From: an uncultured Oscillospiraceae bacterium
Lineage (GTDB): Bacteria > Bacillota > Clostridia > Oscillospirales > Oscillospiraceae
Direction of reading: 5' to 3'
NCBI GenBank assembly: GCA_964605075.1
Contig: CAZSAX010000001.1
Location: 1-43,162 of the forward strand
Length of the DNA stretch: 43,162 nucleotides
The notes under the pieces were generated by a model. The model was not told the DNA's origin. It worked only from the letters and a program-made list of their open reading frames with translations, and made no database searches. Shown here piece by piece: positions 1-8,952 of this stretch (position 1 is the stretch's first letter; each line of letters opens with the position of its first letter). The translations under genes and the position numbers were made by a program.

Positions 1-2
1 TC

Positions 3-470
3 TATACAGTCCTGTTTGTTCTGGCAGGTGTCTTCTTTGCGGCAGCGATCTTCGTGTTCTTCCAGTTTAAGATACTGGACGTCTTTGAAGATCTCAGCGG
101 CGTGAAGATTCGCAAGAAACCCGGAAAGGCAACCGGAACTCAGCCTTCCAAGCGGCGGCTTGTTAAGGTTAGTGGGAAAAAAGCGGTGGTTTCTCCGGTA
201 ACCGGGCCGGTTCCGGTTCCGCAGACTCCTACTGCGGAAGGTGGAAGCAACACCGTATGGCTGGATGAACGCCAGACGGTCAATCTGGATGAGAGTAAAA
301 CCGAAGATCCCGCAACGGAGATATGCAAGACGGCAGATATGACCGCTACCGCAGGATTGACCGGCGCGGCAACAGTGAGTCTGGCTGGTGCCAACGAAGA
401 TGCCCGCGCAGCACTGGACTTCCGTCCGGGAGCAAAAATCATAGTTACCCAGTCCATGGAACGGATTTGA
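3..470 (+). CDS. 3' end of a hypothetical single-pass membrane protein (5' end outside the window)
   Basis: Frame 3 is open from the window edge. The first residues, YTVLFVLAGVFFAAAIFVFFQF, form a hydrophobic helix, followed by a K/R- and Pro/Thr-rich tail. The listed Met at 54 lies inside the helix, so the true start is upstream of the window. No family recognised. Confidence 0.4.
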   Translation, partial: YTVLFVLAGVFFAAAIFVFFQFKILDVFEDLSGVKIRKKPGKATGTQPSKRRLVKVSGKKAVVSPVTGPVPVPQTPTAEGGSNTVWLDERQTVNLDESKTEDPATEICKTADMTATAGLTGAATVSLAGANEDARAALDFRPGAKIIVTQSMERI

Positions 471-533
471 GTAGTTTATACATTTTATATATACGCAATC
501 GAACTAACACATCGGTTGAGAGGAGATACAGCA

Positions 534-3500
534 ATGAAACACTACGGTTTTGGCAGCAGAATTCTTGCTTGGGTCTGCGTTGTCGTGATGCTGGTCATGA
601 TGATGCCCCTGAGTGGTTTTACTGCGGTTGAGGAAGAAATTGTTGAAGAAAGCCCTGTGTTCGAAGCGCCGGTCGTGCTGGCTGCGCTGGACGGCGAGGG
701 CGAATCCGGCGATCAGTCTGGTGGCGATCAGTCCGGGGATCAGTCTGGTGGTGATCAAACGGATCCTGATTCCGTTTACTATACTGTTGCAGTAGCGGAA
801 GGTATTGCTAACGGAACTGTTGTGCCCAGTGTAGGGAGCGCAGCAGAAGGTGAAACCGTCAGTATTACAGCCCCGCCCGAGGAAGGCTACAAGCTGAGTG
901 AAATCACGGTGACAGATGCCAATGGTGATCCTGTAGCTGTGACGGATATGGCATTCACCATGCCTGCCGCCGATGTCGCGATCAGTGCGGTGTTTGTAAA
1001 GCTGTATACCGTTACAGTTAGTAGTGATACCAACGGTTCTATTTCGGCAAAAACGCAGGCGGTGGCCGGGGAATCGGTCAGTATTACCGTTGAGGCAAAG
1101 GCAGGCTACAAGCTGGACACCCTGAGTGCTGTAGATGCAGAAAGAAATGATGTCCATATAACGGACAATGCCTTTACCATGCCTGCGTCTAATGTGACTG
1201 TTACGGCCACTTTTAAGACGAAAGACCACGCGATTAATACTGAGATCACTGGTAGCGGCACCATTGTGGTTGTGTCCCATGCGGATGCCAATGAATCGAT
1301 TTCTTTTGAGGTGCTTCCCGCAACGGGCTATGAACTGAGTGGGAGTGTGCTGGTGAATGGAGTTCCTGTGGATGGCAATAGCTTCACCATGCCGGAGCAG
1401 GCCACCACGATCAAGGCAGAATTTGTTCAGATCAACTATACCATTGGAAGGGATATTGATTATGATTATGGTAGCGTTACCGTGGCAGACAGCGCCCATT
1501 ATGGCGATAAAGTCAGCTTTACGCTGGCCGGAGCGGACGGACGTTCTCTGGTTGCGAATTCCCTGAAGGTTACCAGCGGTACTGACAGTATTTCTGTCAT
1601 CAAGGGTGATGATGGTGCATATTCCTTCGATATGCCTGCTGGCAATGTGGTAATCGAGGCGGAATTTGCCTATACCATAACCACGGAGAATATCGATAAT
1701 GGTGCTATCAATTGCCAAGAAAGCTTTGCCAATCCTGGCGATACAGTAGATTTTACGGTTCTGGCAGATCCTGCAGATCTTTATGAGTTGGTGGAAGGCT
1801 CTGTTAAAGTCACCTATGCTGGCGGCGAAGTTGAAGTCGCTGAAACGGATGGGGTGTATTCCTTCAAAATGCCCACCGGGGATGTAACTATTACCGCTGA
1901 ATTCAAACCCATCGAGTTTACGGTTACCTTGGTTCTGGACAGCATATATGTGAGCAGCATTGTCCGTGAAGGTGATACGACCAATAAAGACATTAAAGAT
2001 GAACTGGGATATACCCAGAGCGTAAGTGATCAAAGGAAAAATCGAAGAGGGAAGCTAATTGGAGCTACCTATACTTGCACCTTTACAGCAACCTGCGAGG
2101 ATGCGCTTGTTGTTACCTTTGAAAAAATGACCCCGGAGGCATGGGGAACTTGGATTGAGTGGCCGGATGCTTTGTACGTGGGAGCGGTCGAGGTAGGTGG
2201 ATACGAGAAGGCTGCATTAAAAACGACTTGGACTGTTGAAAAAGCGGATGTAACTGCGAATATAACGGTAACAAGTGATCCTGTTGAGACCAAGGTTGAA
2301 GTGGTGCTTGCGCCTACCAACATGAGTGCTGTAGATACTGCTGAGACCAATGTTGCGGTTGAATATGGTGATTCGTATGAGGTGTTGTTTGAGGCCGATG
2401 CTGGCTACACATTGCCTGACACCATTGTAATTACAGACGTAGAGGGAACTGTGATTCAGCCGGTGGAGACCGATGATGCCGGTAATGAAACTGTCAATTA
2501 TACTTGGACAGACCATCTCGGCGTCAAAAAACTGGTGTTCAATGAAGTAACTGAAACTATTACTGTGACAGCAAAGGCTGCTTTGAACACGGATAACTAT
2601 GTGCTGGATAAGGAACAGCCTACCGGGGATGATAACTGGTACAAGAAGCCCAGTACTGGCACAGATGCGGTGGTAATCCGCGCAATCAATGGCATGACAA
2701 TCTCTCTGACGGGTGAAGAAGGAACCTTTGCGGATACTATTACCGGCATTGAGGATGGAGATTATACGGGAGATAACGCGCTGACCATCTACACCACCGA
2801 TGGCGTGGATACGGTCTCCCAGACCCAGATACTCAAGATTGACACAAAAGTGCCTGTTATTACGGTGAGTGGTATCGAGTCTGGGGATTATACAAACAGC
2901 AACATTGTTCTGACAGTTTATGTTGATGAGATCAATTTCGCAGGTCAGGCGCCTTCTGTGTCCGTTAATGACAAGACATTCACGGATTACACTTTTGAAG
3001 CGGCTCCGGCAGAAAATACTTGGACGCTGACCATTTCTGCAGATGACGTTGATCACACAACTGATGGAGTTTACACCATTACTGTTGATGCGACGGACCT
3101 TGCCGGCAATGCAGCAGAACAGGTGAAGGTCGAGAATGTAACTCTGGATACGACAGAGCCTGTGGTGGAAGTAATCAAATACAGTGTTGACACTTATGGT
3201 GAAACCGGCAATCGCTATGTCAATGACTCCATTGATATCACTTTCCAGGTGACGGAGACAAACTTTGATGAGACTCGGTTTGCCTTTGATGGCCTTCCTG
3301 AATCTGGGTTTACCATTGGCGAGTGGAGTAGCACTGGTAATGTCCACGAAATCACCGTGACGCTGACGGCGGATCAAAACGATGGTGTATACAATGACAT
3401 CAAATTGGCTGGCACTGATATGGCCGGTAATGACGGTTCTGCACCTGCCGAGCTCATCGTTCTGGACCAGGAGGCGCCTGTGGTGGAAGCAATCAAATAC

Positions 3501-6470
3501 AGTGTTGACACTTATGGTGAAACCGGCAATCGCTATGTCAATGACTCCATTGATATCACTTTCCAGGTGACGGAGACAAACTTTGATGAGACTCGGTTTG
3601 CCTTTGATGGCCTTCCTGAATCTGGGTTTACCATTGGCGAGTGGAGTAGCACTGGTAATGTCCACGAAATCACCGTGACGCTGACGGCGGATCAAAACGA
3701 TGGTGTATACAATGACATCAAATTGGCTGGCACTGATATGGCCGATAATGACGGTTCTGCACCTGCCGAGCCCATCATTCTGGATCAGACACCTCCCACA
3801 GTGGGGGAGATTACCTATGAGTCGGGAATGCAAAAGCTGCCTCAGTGGCTGTTAGAGCTTTACTACCATGTTTTTGGCAAGACAGAGGGCGAAGATGATA
3901 TCGTCAAGGCTACGATTGAAGTGACAGACGCAACATCGCCCATCGATTTGAACGACGCATACGAACTGAAAATTGAAAACCTGCCCAGCAACGTGAAGAT
4001 CGTTGATACTACGGGTGAAGACAGTGTGGGATACTCGGCGGAAATCACATTCCAGGCGTCTGCTCAATTTATGAAGCAGTTTACGATTACGGCATATGAC
4101 CGTGCCGGGAACTTCGATACTTTGGAAGCCCACAAACAAGATGGCAACACAAACCTTCTGCTGGATACTGTTGCCCCTGTTGTTAGCGAGTGGCATCTGA
4201 CCCGCGGTGATACGGCCATTGATTATGTGGCGTCTCAGGTTCATAGCCAGAATTTGGTGCTTCACTTCACCGTTGAGGATATTATCCAGGATGAAGTCTT
4301 CTCCGGTATAAGTAAAGTGACATACTATGTCGACGATGAGTATGCGGACGGAGACAAGACAGAAGGAACTCTCTATGTGAAGGATGTATCGGATAATAGT
4401 TCGAGTCAGGCGGATTATCACCAGAGTCTTGATTCTGATGGTGGTATGCAGATTGAGATCCCCGCTTCCATGCACAGCAATTTGGTCTATGTTTACATTA
4501 ATGCCGTGGACAATGCGGGCAATGTAATGGTGGAAAAGAAAATTGGTCCCTTCCGTATGGATGCCGTGGCGCCTGTGGTCAGTGTGAGCTATGACAATAA
4601 CAGCGCCGAGAATTCTACCTATTTTGATGCGACCCGTACTGCGACGATCAGCCTACAGGACATTTCCTTTGACGGTACTGGCGCCAATATTACCACAGAA
4701 GGCTCTATCGGCTCCTGGAGTGGTGTAGACACAGACGGAGATGGCTACAAGGACGATTGGACTTGTACAGTTTACTATGGCCCCGATGATGACTACACTC
4801 TCTCCATGAGCGCCTGGGATACTGCGTCTCCCAACGCGAATACCACGGCAGACAGCGCCGTTACCTATACTGGCACGGCGACGCAGGAGTTCACCGTTGA
4901 CCGCACCGCGCCCACCTTTGAGATCACCATGGGCAATGCGGATGTGGATGTCAGCAGCGGCGGTTACAGCAACCAGAATGTGACTGTGACCCTCACTGTG
5001 GATGAGCACAACTTCGACGAGAGTGCTGCTACGGCTGGCCTTTCCGTTATCTACGAAGACGAAGACATCAGCCAGGCCATCCGCAACAGCCTGGTTTGGA
5101 GTTCCAACGGTGATGTTCGTACAGCGACCTTTACCCTGACGGATGACGGTGAGTACAAGATCAATCTCAGCTTCCTTGACCTGGCCGGCAACAGTACTGC
5201 CGCCGCGGAAGACATCGTGGTTCATGTGGACCAAACCAATGCTGAGGTCTATGTGACCGGCGTGGCTGACAAGTCCGCCAACGCCCAGGATGAGATCATC
5301 CCCGTTGTGACCATCTGGGATAAGTACTACAGCCTGGAAGGCGTGGTCATTACCCTCATTAATGGCGAAGGCAAGGATGTAACCGAGCAGTATTTGGACA
5401 TGGAGACCGGCCTTTCCGATATCGCTTATGACGAAGAGCGGGATCTGTACTACCAGACCTTTACTTTCAAGAATCTTGATGAGGATCATGTGTATCACCT
5501 GGAGGTTCGCCATACCGACCTGGCCGGCAACGTCAATACCGTTATGACGGTCCTCAATGGCAAGGGCGAGGAAGAAGTCCTTGACCTGGAAGAAAGCGTG
5601 ATGCGCTTCTCCGTCAACCGCAACGGTTCTACCTACTCCGCCAGCGAGGAAACGCTGGCGATCCTGGGCCAGTATGTCCAGTCTGCCAAGAATGTCCGCA
5701 TTCTGGAGATTAACGTGGACGAGCTGGATCCTGAAAGCATTTACATCACTTTGACCCATGACAATGTCACCCGTGACCTTGTTTATGGCGAGGATTACAC
5801 CTATCAGACTCCTCCCGAGCAGAACGATGCCAGCTGGAATGTTTATGAGTACGTTCTGGAGGACTCCCTGTTTGAGGAAGACGGCGTTTATACCATTACC
5901 ATCTACTCCGTAGATGCCGCAGGCAATGTGGCTCAGAACAACACCGCAGAAAAGGACTTTGAGATCACCTTCGTGGTCGACAAGACGTCTCCTATCTTCG
6001 TGGCTCTGAATCTGGAAGCCGGTGAGATCTACAACGAGGAACAGCATGAAGTGACCATCAACTGCAGCGATAACATCGCTTTGGATACAGTTTATGTCTA
6101 TCGTCTGGACAGTACCGCTGAAAAGGATGAGGACGGCTACTATATCTGGTTCGATAACAACGGTAATGCCCTTGGCGAAGAGGTTGCGCTGACAGCTGTG
6201 GAAGGAAGCAACGGGGACTACACTTTCGTGATCTACGAAGGCGATAGTGCTGCGACATCTAAACAGAGTGTGCTGGTGGTCTGCACCGATAAGGCGGGCA
6301 ATCAGAATATGGAGCAGGAAATCCTTGATTTCACCGTTTCCAGTAGCTTCTGGATTCGATTCTATGCCAACAAGCCTCTGTTCTACGGTTCCATCGGCGG
6401 TATCAGTGCCCTGCTGATTGTCGCGGCAGTTGTGTTTCTGCGCAAGAAGAAAGAGGACGAAGAAACCTAA
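534..6470 (+). CDS. Giant cell-surface protein (1978 aa): signal/anchor helix, about 7 InlB-B-repeat-like beta domains, a long series of Ig-like domains, C-terminal TM anchor
   Basis: ATG 534 follows GAGAGGAGA. The N-terminal hydrophobic helix is ILAWVCVVVMLVMMMPL. Residues about 90-560 repeat a roughly 75-aa unit (YTVTV..NG.V....A.GE.V.I.A.P..GY.L..I.V......V.....FTMP..DV.I.A.F). After that come many units starting D.T.P.V/APVV, typical of bacterial Ig-like folds. The protein ends with LFYGSIGGISALLIVAAVVFL plus RKKKEDEET. There is no LPXTG motif. Confidence 0.85.
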   Translation: MKHYGFGSRILAWVCVVVMLVMMMPLSGFTAVEEEIVEESPVFEAPVVLAALDGEGESGDQSGGDQSGDQSGGDQTDPDSVYYTVAVAEGIANGTVVPSVGSAAEGETVSITAPPEEGYKLSEITVTDANGDPVAVTDMAFTMPAADVAISAVFVKLYTVTVSSDTNGSISAKTQAVAGESVSITVEAKAGYKLDTLSAVDAERNDVHITDNAFTMPASNVTVTATFKTKDHAINTEITGSGTIVVVSHADANESISFEVLPATGYELSGSVLVNGVPVDGNSFTMPEQATTIKAEFVQINYTIGRDIDYDYGSVTVADSAHYGDKVSFTLAGADGRSLVANSLKVTSGTDSISVIKGDDGAYSFDMPAGNVVIEAEFAYTITTENIDNGAINCQESFANPGDTVDFTVLADPADLYELVEGSVKVTYAGGEVEVAETDGVYSFKMPTGDVTITAEFKPIEFTVTLVLDSIYVSSIVREGDTTNKDIKDELGYTQSVSDQRKNRRGKLIGATYTCTFTATCEDALVVTFEKMTPEAWGTWIEWPDALYVGAVEVGGYEKAALKTTWTVEKADVTANITVTSDPVETKVEVVLAPTNMSAVDTAETNVAVEYGDSYEVLFEADAGYTLPDTIVITDVEGTVIQPVETDDAGNETVNYTWTDHLGVKKLVFNEVTETITVTAKAALNTDNYVLDKEQPTGDDNWYKKPSTGTDAVVIRAINGMTISLTGEEGTFADTITGIEDGDYTGDNALTIYTTDGVDTVSQTQILKIDTKVPVITVSGIESGDYTNSNIVLTVYVDEINFAGQAPSVSVNDKTFTDYTFEAAPAENTWTLTISADDVDHTTDGVYTITVDATDLAGNAAEQVKVENVTLDTTEPVVEVIKYSVDTYGETGNRYVNDSIDITFQVTETNFDETRFAFDGLPESGFTIGEWSSTGNVHEITVTLTADQNDGVYNDIKLAGTDMAGNDGSAPAELIVLDQEAPVVEAIKYSVDTYGETGNRYVNDSIDITFQVTETNFDETRFAFDGLPESGFTIGEWSSTGNVHEITVTLTADQNDGVYNDIKLAGTDMADNDGSAPAEPIILDQTPPTVGEITYESGMQKLPQWLLELYYHVFGKTEGEDDIVKATIEVTDATSPIDLNDAYELKIENLPSNVKIVDTTGEDSVGYSAEITFQASAQFMKQFTITAYDRAGNFDTLEAHKQDGNTNLLLDTVAPVVSEWHLTRGDTAIDYVASQVHSQNLVLHFTVEDIIQDEVFSGISKVTYYVDDEYADGDKTEGTLYVKDVSDNSSSQADYHQSLDSDGGMQIEIPASMHSNLVYVYINAVDNAGNVMVEKKIGPFRMDAVAPVVSVSYDNNSAENSTYFDATRTATISLQDISFDGTGANITTEGSIGSWSGVDTDGDGYKDDWTCTVYYGPDDDYTLSMSAWDTASPNANTTADSAVTYTGTATQEFTVDRTAPTFEITMGNADVDVSSGGYSNQNVTVTLTVDEHNFDESAATAGLSVIYEDEDISQAIRNSLVWSSNGDVRTATFTLTDDGEYKINLSFLDLAGNSTAAAEDIVVHVDQTNAEVYVTGVADKSANAQDEIIPVVTIWDKYYSLEGVVITLINGEGKDVTEQYLDMETGLSDIAYDEERDLYYQTFTFKNLDEDHVYHLEVRHTDLAGNVNTVMTVLNGKGEEEVLDLEESVMRFSVNRNGSTYSASEETLAILGQYVQSAKNVRILEINVDELDPESIYITLTHDNVTRDLVYGEDYTYQTPPEQNDASWNVYEYVLEDSLFEEDGVYTITIYSVDAAGNVAQNNTAEKDFEITFVVDKTSPIFVALNLEAGEIYNEEQHEVTINCSDNIALDTVYVYRLDSTAEKDEDGYYIWFDNNGNALGEEVALTAVEGSNGDYTFVIYEGDSAATSKQSVLVVCTDKAGNQNMEQEILDFTVSSSFWIRFYANKPLFYGSIGGISALLIVAAVVFLRKKKEDEET
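705..758 (+). repeat. Short coding low-complexity repeat (SGDQ / SGGDQ)x4
   Basis: Translates to SGDQSGGDQSGDQSGGDQ just after the signal helix of the giant protein. Confidence 0.8.
3159..3794 (+). repeat. Near-identical 318-bp (106-aa) tandem duplication, two copies (3159-3476 and 3477-3794), inside the giant surface-protein gene
   Basis: The block PVVE(V/A)IKYSVDTYGETGNRYVNDSIDITFQVTETNFDETRFAFDGLPESGFTIGEWSSTGNVHEITVTLTADQNDGVYNDIKLAGTDMA(G/D)NDGSAPAE occurs twice. I saw only a handful of nucleotide differences (for example gta/gca, ggt/gat, ctc/ccc, gtt/att, gac/gat). Confidence 0.95.
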
Positions 6471-6544
6471 GTAAAGACAACAAACAAATATTGGGCCGCC
6501 TGTCATAGGCGGCCCAACTGGAATTAAGCGATGGAGAGTATCAA

Positions 6545-8173
6545 ATGAAACGAATTCTCTCAATGATTATCTGTCTGGCGGTGCTACTCTCGGTGCAGGC
6601 TTTTGCCGCCTCGCTGACAAGTGTTGAAATCAACCAGACAGTCCAGGATGGCGAAGATCTGTATGTGTTCTTCCATGCTGACGATGAAAATGACGAGCAA
6701 ATCAGCACTCTTGGCGAAGATGCAGTTAAGCTCGACCTTGGTGGGCAGAGTTTGACTACCGAGGTCCAGCATGCCGGCTATGTTGGCGTTGGCTATGTTT
6801 TCGCAGTAGATGTGTCCAGTTCCTTGAGTGAGGCACAGTTTGCCAGTGTTCAGGAAGCTCTTAAGAACTGGGTGGAGCGCATGGGTTCCGAAGATATGGC
6901 GGCTATTGTCACTTTTGGCGAATCGGTTACGGTTGTTACGGATTTTACGGATAACAAAAATACGCTCAGTGCCGTGATTAACGGACTGAGTGCTACGGAA
7001 GCTGGAACCGCGCTGTATAGCGGTATGATGAAAGCCATCGATATTGCCAATCGCCGCAGCGAAGATCTTCCGTTGCAGCGAGCAGTTGTCATCCTTTCGG
7101 ATGGCAAGAACGACAGCTCCGATGCGGCTGGATTATCTGAAGTCGAGTCCAAGGCCATTGACGCCGGCATCTCCTTGTATGTTGCCGGTGTAAAGAGCAG
7201 CGATAACAGTGAGCAACTGGCAAAGCTTGGCGAACTGGCCAGAACAACCGGAGGTAAAATCGTTACTGCGGATAAAGACTCTCTAGCGGATACTCTGGAC
7301 AGTCTGAGCCAGTACATTGGCAGCGGCTTTATGGCCACGGCAAAGGTTCCTGCTGAACTGGCAGATGGCAGCGAGAAGGGCCTCATTCTTACAGTCACCC
7401 ATGGTGGTATTACCGTGGATGACAGCTATGATCTGCGTGTAAAGTCTCTGGGAGAACAGACGTTGGAATCTGCGGAAGCGGAAGATGCGGTTGAAACAAT
7501 TACTGCTGAGGAGACGGTTGACGTAGTTGCAGAGGAAGTTTCTGAAGATGTGATCGAGACTTCGACGGAAGAAAGTGTGGATGCGGACGCAACGCTCGAA
7601 GGGGTGGTAAACGAAGCCGTTGGAGTAGCGACTGCGTTTAACACGATTTATATCTACATAGGCGTGGGTGTTCTTCTTGTTGGTGGTCTGGCGGCCTTTC
7701 TTATCATCAGTACGAAAAAAAGACGTGACAAACAGGCAAAGAAAAAAGCCGAACTCAGCCAAGGCTATGGCGGTGGGTATGGGAATTACTCCGGCGGTAC
7801 CATGCCGTTAGACGCTTCCGATATGACCGGGACCATGCGTCTTGACGATTATGGTGTAGGCGGCGGACAGCTCGTTCTGATGGATGTTGTCCAGGGCCGT
7901 TCCTATTCGGTGCCCATGAAAGCGAAAATTTCTATCGGTCGTCGGGAAGGAAGCAATGACATTGTTATTGCAGATGGAACGGTTTCCGGTAAGCACTGCG
8001 AGATCGTCCAGGAAAATGGTCGTTTCTATGTGCGCGATGTGGGTTCATCTCATGGCACCTATGTTGTCACGAATGGTCTTCGCTATCAGGCGGACGGCAT
8101 TTCCGGATGGGAAATCCATGTCGGCGATGAGATCGACATTGGAAAGACCAGACTGGAAGTGTCTAGCTTGTGA
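6545..8173 (+). CDS. Single-pass membrane protein: extracellular VWA domain, TM helix, intracellular FHA domain
   Basis: The start follows RBS GGAGAG. Signal peptide MKRILSMIICLAVLLSVQAFA. VWA/MIDAS-like DVSSSLS and VILSDGKND. An acidic linker, then TM helix IYIYIGVGVLLVGGLAAFLII followed by KKRRDKQAKKK. A GYGGGYGNYSGG spacer, then a C-terminal FHA domain (ISIGRREGSNDIVI..VSGKHCEI..FYVRDVGSSHGTYV). Confidence 0.85.
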   Translation: MKRILSMIICLAVLLSVQAFAASLTSVEINQTVQDGEDLYVFFHADDENDEQISTLGEDAVKLDLGGQSLTTEVQHAGYVGVGYVFAVDVSSSLSEAQFASVQEALKNWVERMGSEDMAAIVTFGESVTVVTDFTDNKNTLSAVINGLSATEAGTALYSGMMKAIDIANRRSEDLPLQRAVVILSDGKNDSSDAAGLSEVESKAIDAGISLYVAGVKSSDNSEQLAKLGELARTTGGKIVTADKDSLADTLDSLSQYIGSGFMATAKVPAELADGSEKGLILTVTHGGITVDDSYDLRVKSLGEQTLESAEAEDAVETITAEETVDVVAEEVSEDVIETSTEESVDADATLEGVVNEAVGVATAFNTIYIYIGVGVLLVGGLAAFLIISTKKRRDKQAKKKAELSQGYGGGYGNYSGGTMPLDASDMTGTMRLDDYGVGGGQLVLMDVVQGRSYSVPMKAKISIGRREGSNDIVIADGTVSGKHCEIVQENGRFYVRDVGSSHGTYVVTNGLRYQADGISGWEIHVGDEIDIGKTRLEVSSL

Positions 8174-8217
8174 AAGGCTGACTAAACAAACTATTTGTTT
8201 AAACAAGGGTCATCATT

Positions 8218-8367
8218 ATGAATGTTATATCTTTAAAAGAAGGAATCCAGCAGAAAAAACAGCAAGCAGTAGGCTTCCGAGGAACGGGCTGGCTGGCAGT
8301 GGTGCTGGCTGCTTTGCTCATGGGTTACGGCTTTGTAACGGCAAGACAACAAACGGAAAAGTCTTAA
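8218..8367 (+). CDS. Possible 49-aa single-TM small protein (below the ORF-track size cut-off)
   Basis: Translates to MNVISLKEGIQQKKQQAVGFRGTGWLAVVLAALLMGYGFVTARQQTEKS, with one clear hydrophobic helix. It sits in the gap after the VWA-FHA gene. The RBS is weak (AAGGG about 10 nt upstream). Confidence 0.3.
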   Translation: MNVISLKEGIQQKKQQAVGFRGTGWLAVVLAALLMGYGFVTARQQTEKS

Positions 8368-8879
8368 GCCAGTCCGTCAATCAATTCAATAGGATTCATG
8401 TAGACGATGGCGATGAGTGACCAAATGCACAGTATGCCGGTACATAGGAATGCCCATGTGGGATGAAGACCGGACGCTTGCAGAAACAGGACAATATCAT
8501 CGCCATCTACTACTATTCCGGCATTGTATTGAAGGGCGATGCTGAACTCTACAATATAGGCTATTGAAGAAAGCAACAGCATTAATAGAACGACAAAACC
8601 TATATATCCTCGTGCGCGAATAAATGGAAGGCTAGTGATCAATGGGAATATCATGCCGGCAAGGCTGATAATGGCAACTACGGTCGTGTTATCATGAGGA
8701 ATTCCGCTTTCCACATGAGGGATGGGGAGAAAGGAAATACTTCCTATTTTCCCGCCAAGAAGAACCGTTGCCAGAGCGTGCCCGCATTCGTGGACGAGGG
8801 GATATAGAACAAACAGCGTAAAAGCGCTGATGGGAATAAGCAATAAGAATCGAAATAATCGTTTCAAGAAGAAACCCAC
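8364..8879 (-). CDS. Polytopic membrane protein with an HExxH motif (putative zincin peptidase, DUF3267/M50-like)
   Basis: 171 aa with several hydrophobic helices. The first helix carries YPLVHECGHALATVLLGG (H-E-x-x-H). GTG start. It is the only reverse-strand gene inside the T7SS block. Confidence 0.6.
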   Translation of the reverse strand: MGFFLKRLFRFLLLIPISAFTLFVLYPLVHECGHALATVLLGGKIGSISFLPIPHVESGIPHDNTTVVAIISLAGMIFPLITSLPFIRARGYIGFVVLLMLLLSSIAYIVEFSIALQYNAGIVVDGDDIVLFLQASGLHPTWAFLCTGILCIWSLIAIVYMNPIELIDGLA

Positions 8880-8952
8880 CTTTCCTGCTGGCTAAATTAT
8901 ACCACAGATAGCCGGATATACTCAAGAAAACCCAACAGGAGACAGTTTGAAC

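Noticed and set aside
3159-3794. Considered whether the two near-identical 318-bp copies are a template/variable repeat pair of a diversity-generating retroelement.
   Set aside because: The copies are directly adjacent and in frame. The few differences are not adenine-specific (t/c, g/a and c/t changes). No reverse transcriptase or accessory gene is nearby. This is a simple tandem duplication.
504-6563. Three long reverse-strand ORFs (509, 538 and 636 aa) inside the giant surface-protein gene.
   Set aside because: The forward frame has a signal peptide, repeated Ig-like units and a TM anchor. The antisense frames are open only because the repetitive G/A/T-rich codon usage avoids stop complements. 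Their translations are Ile/Arg/His/Cys-rich nonsense.
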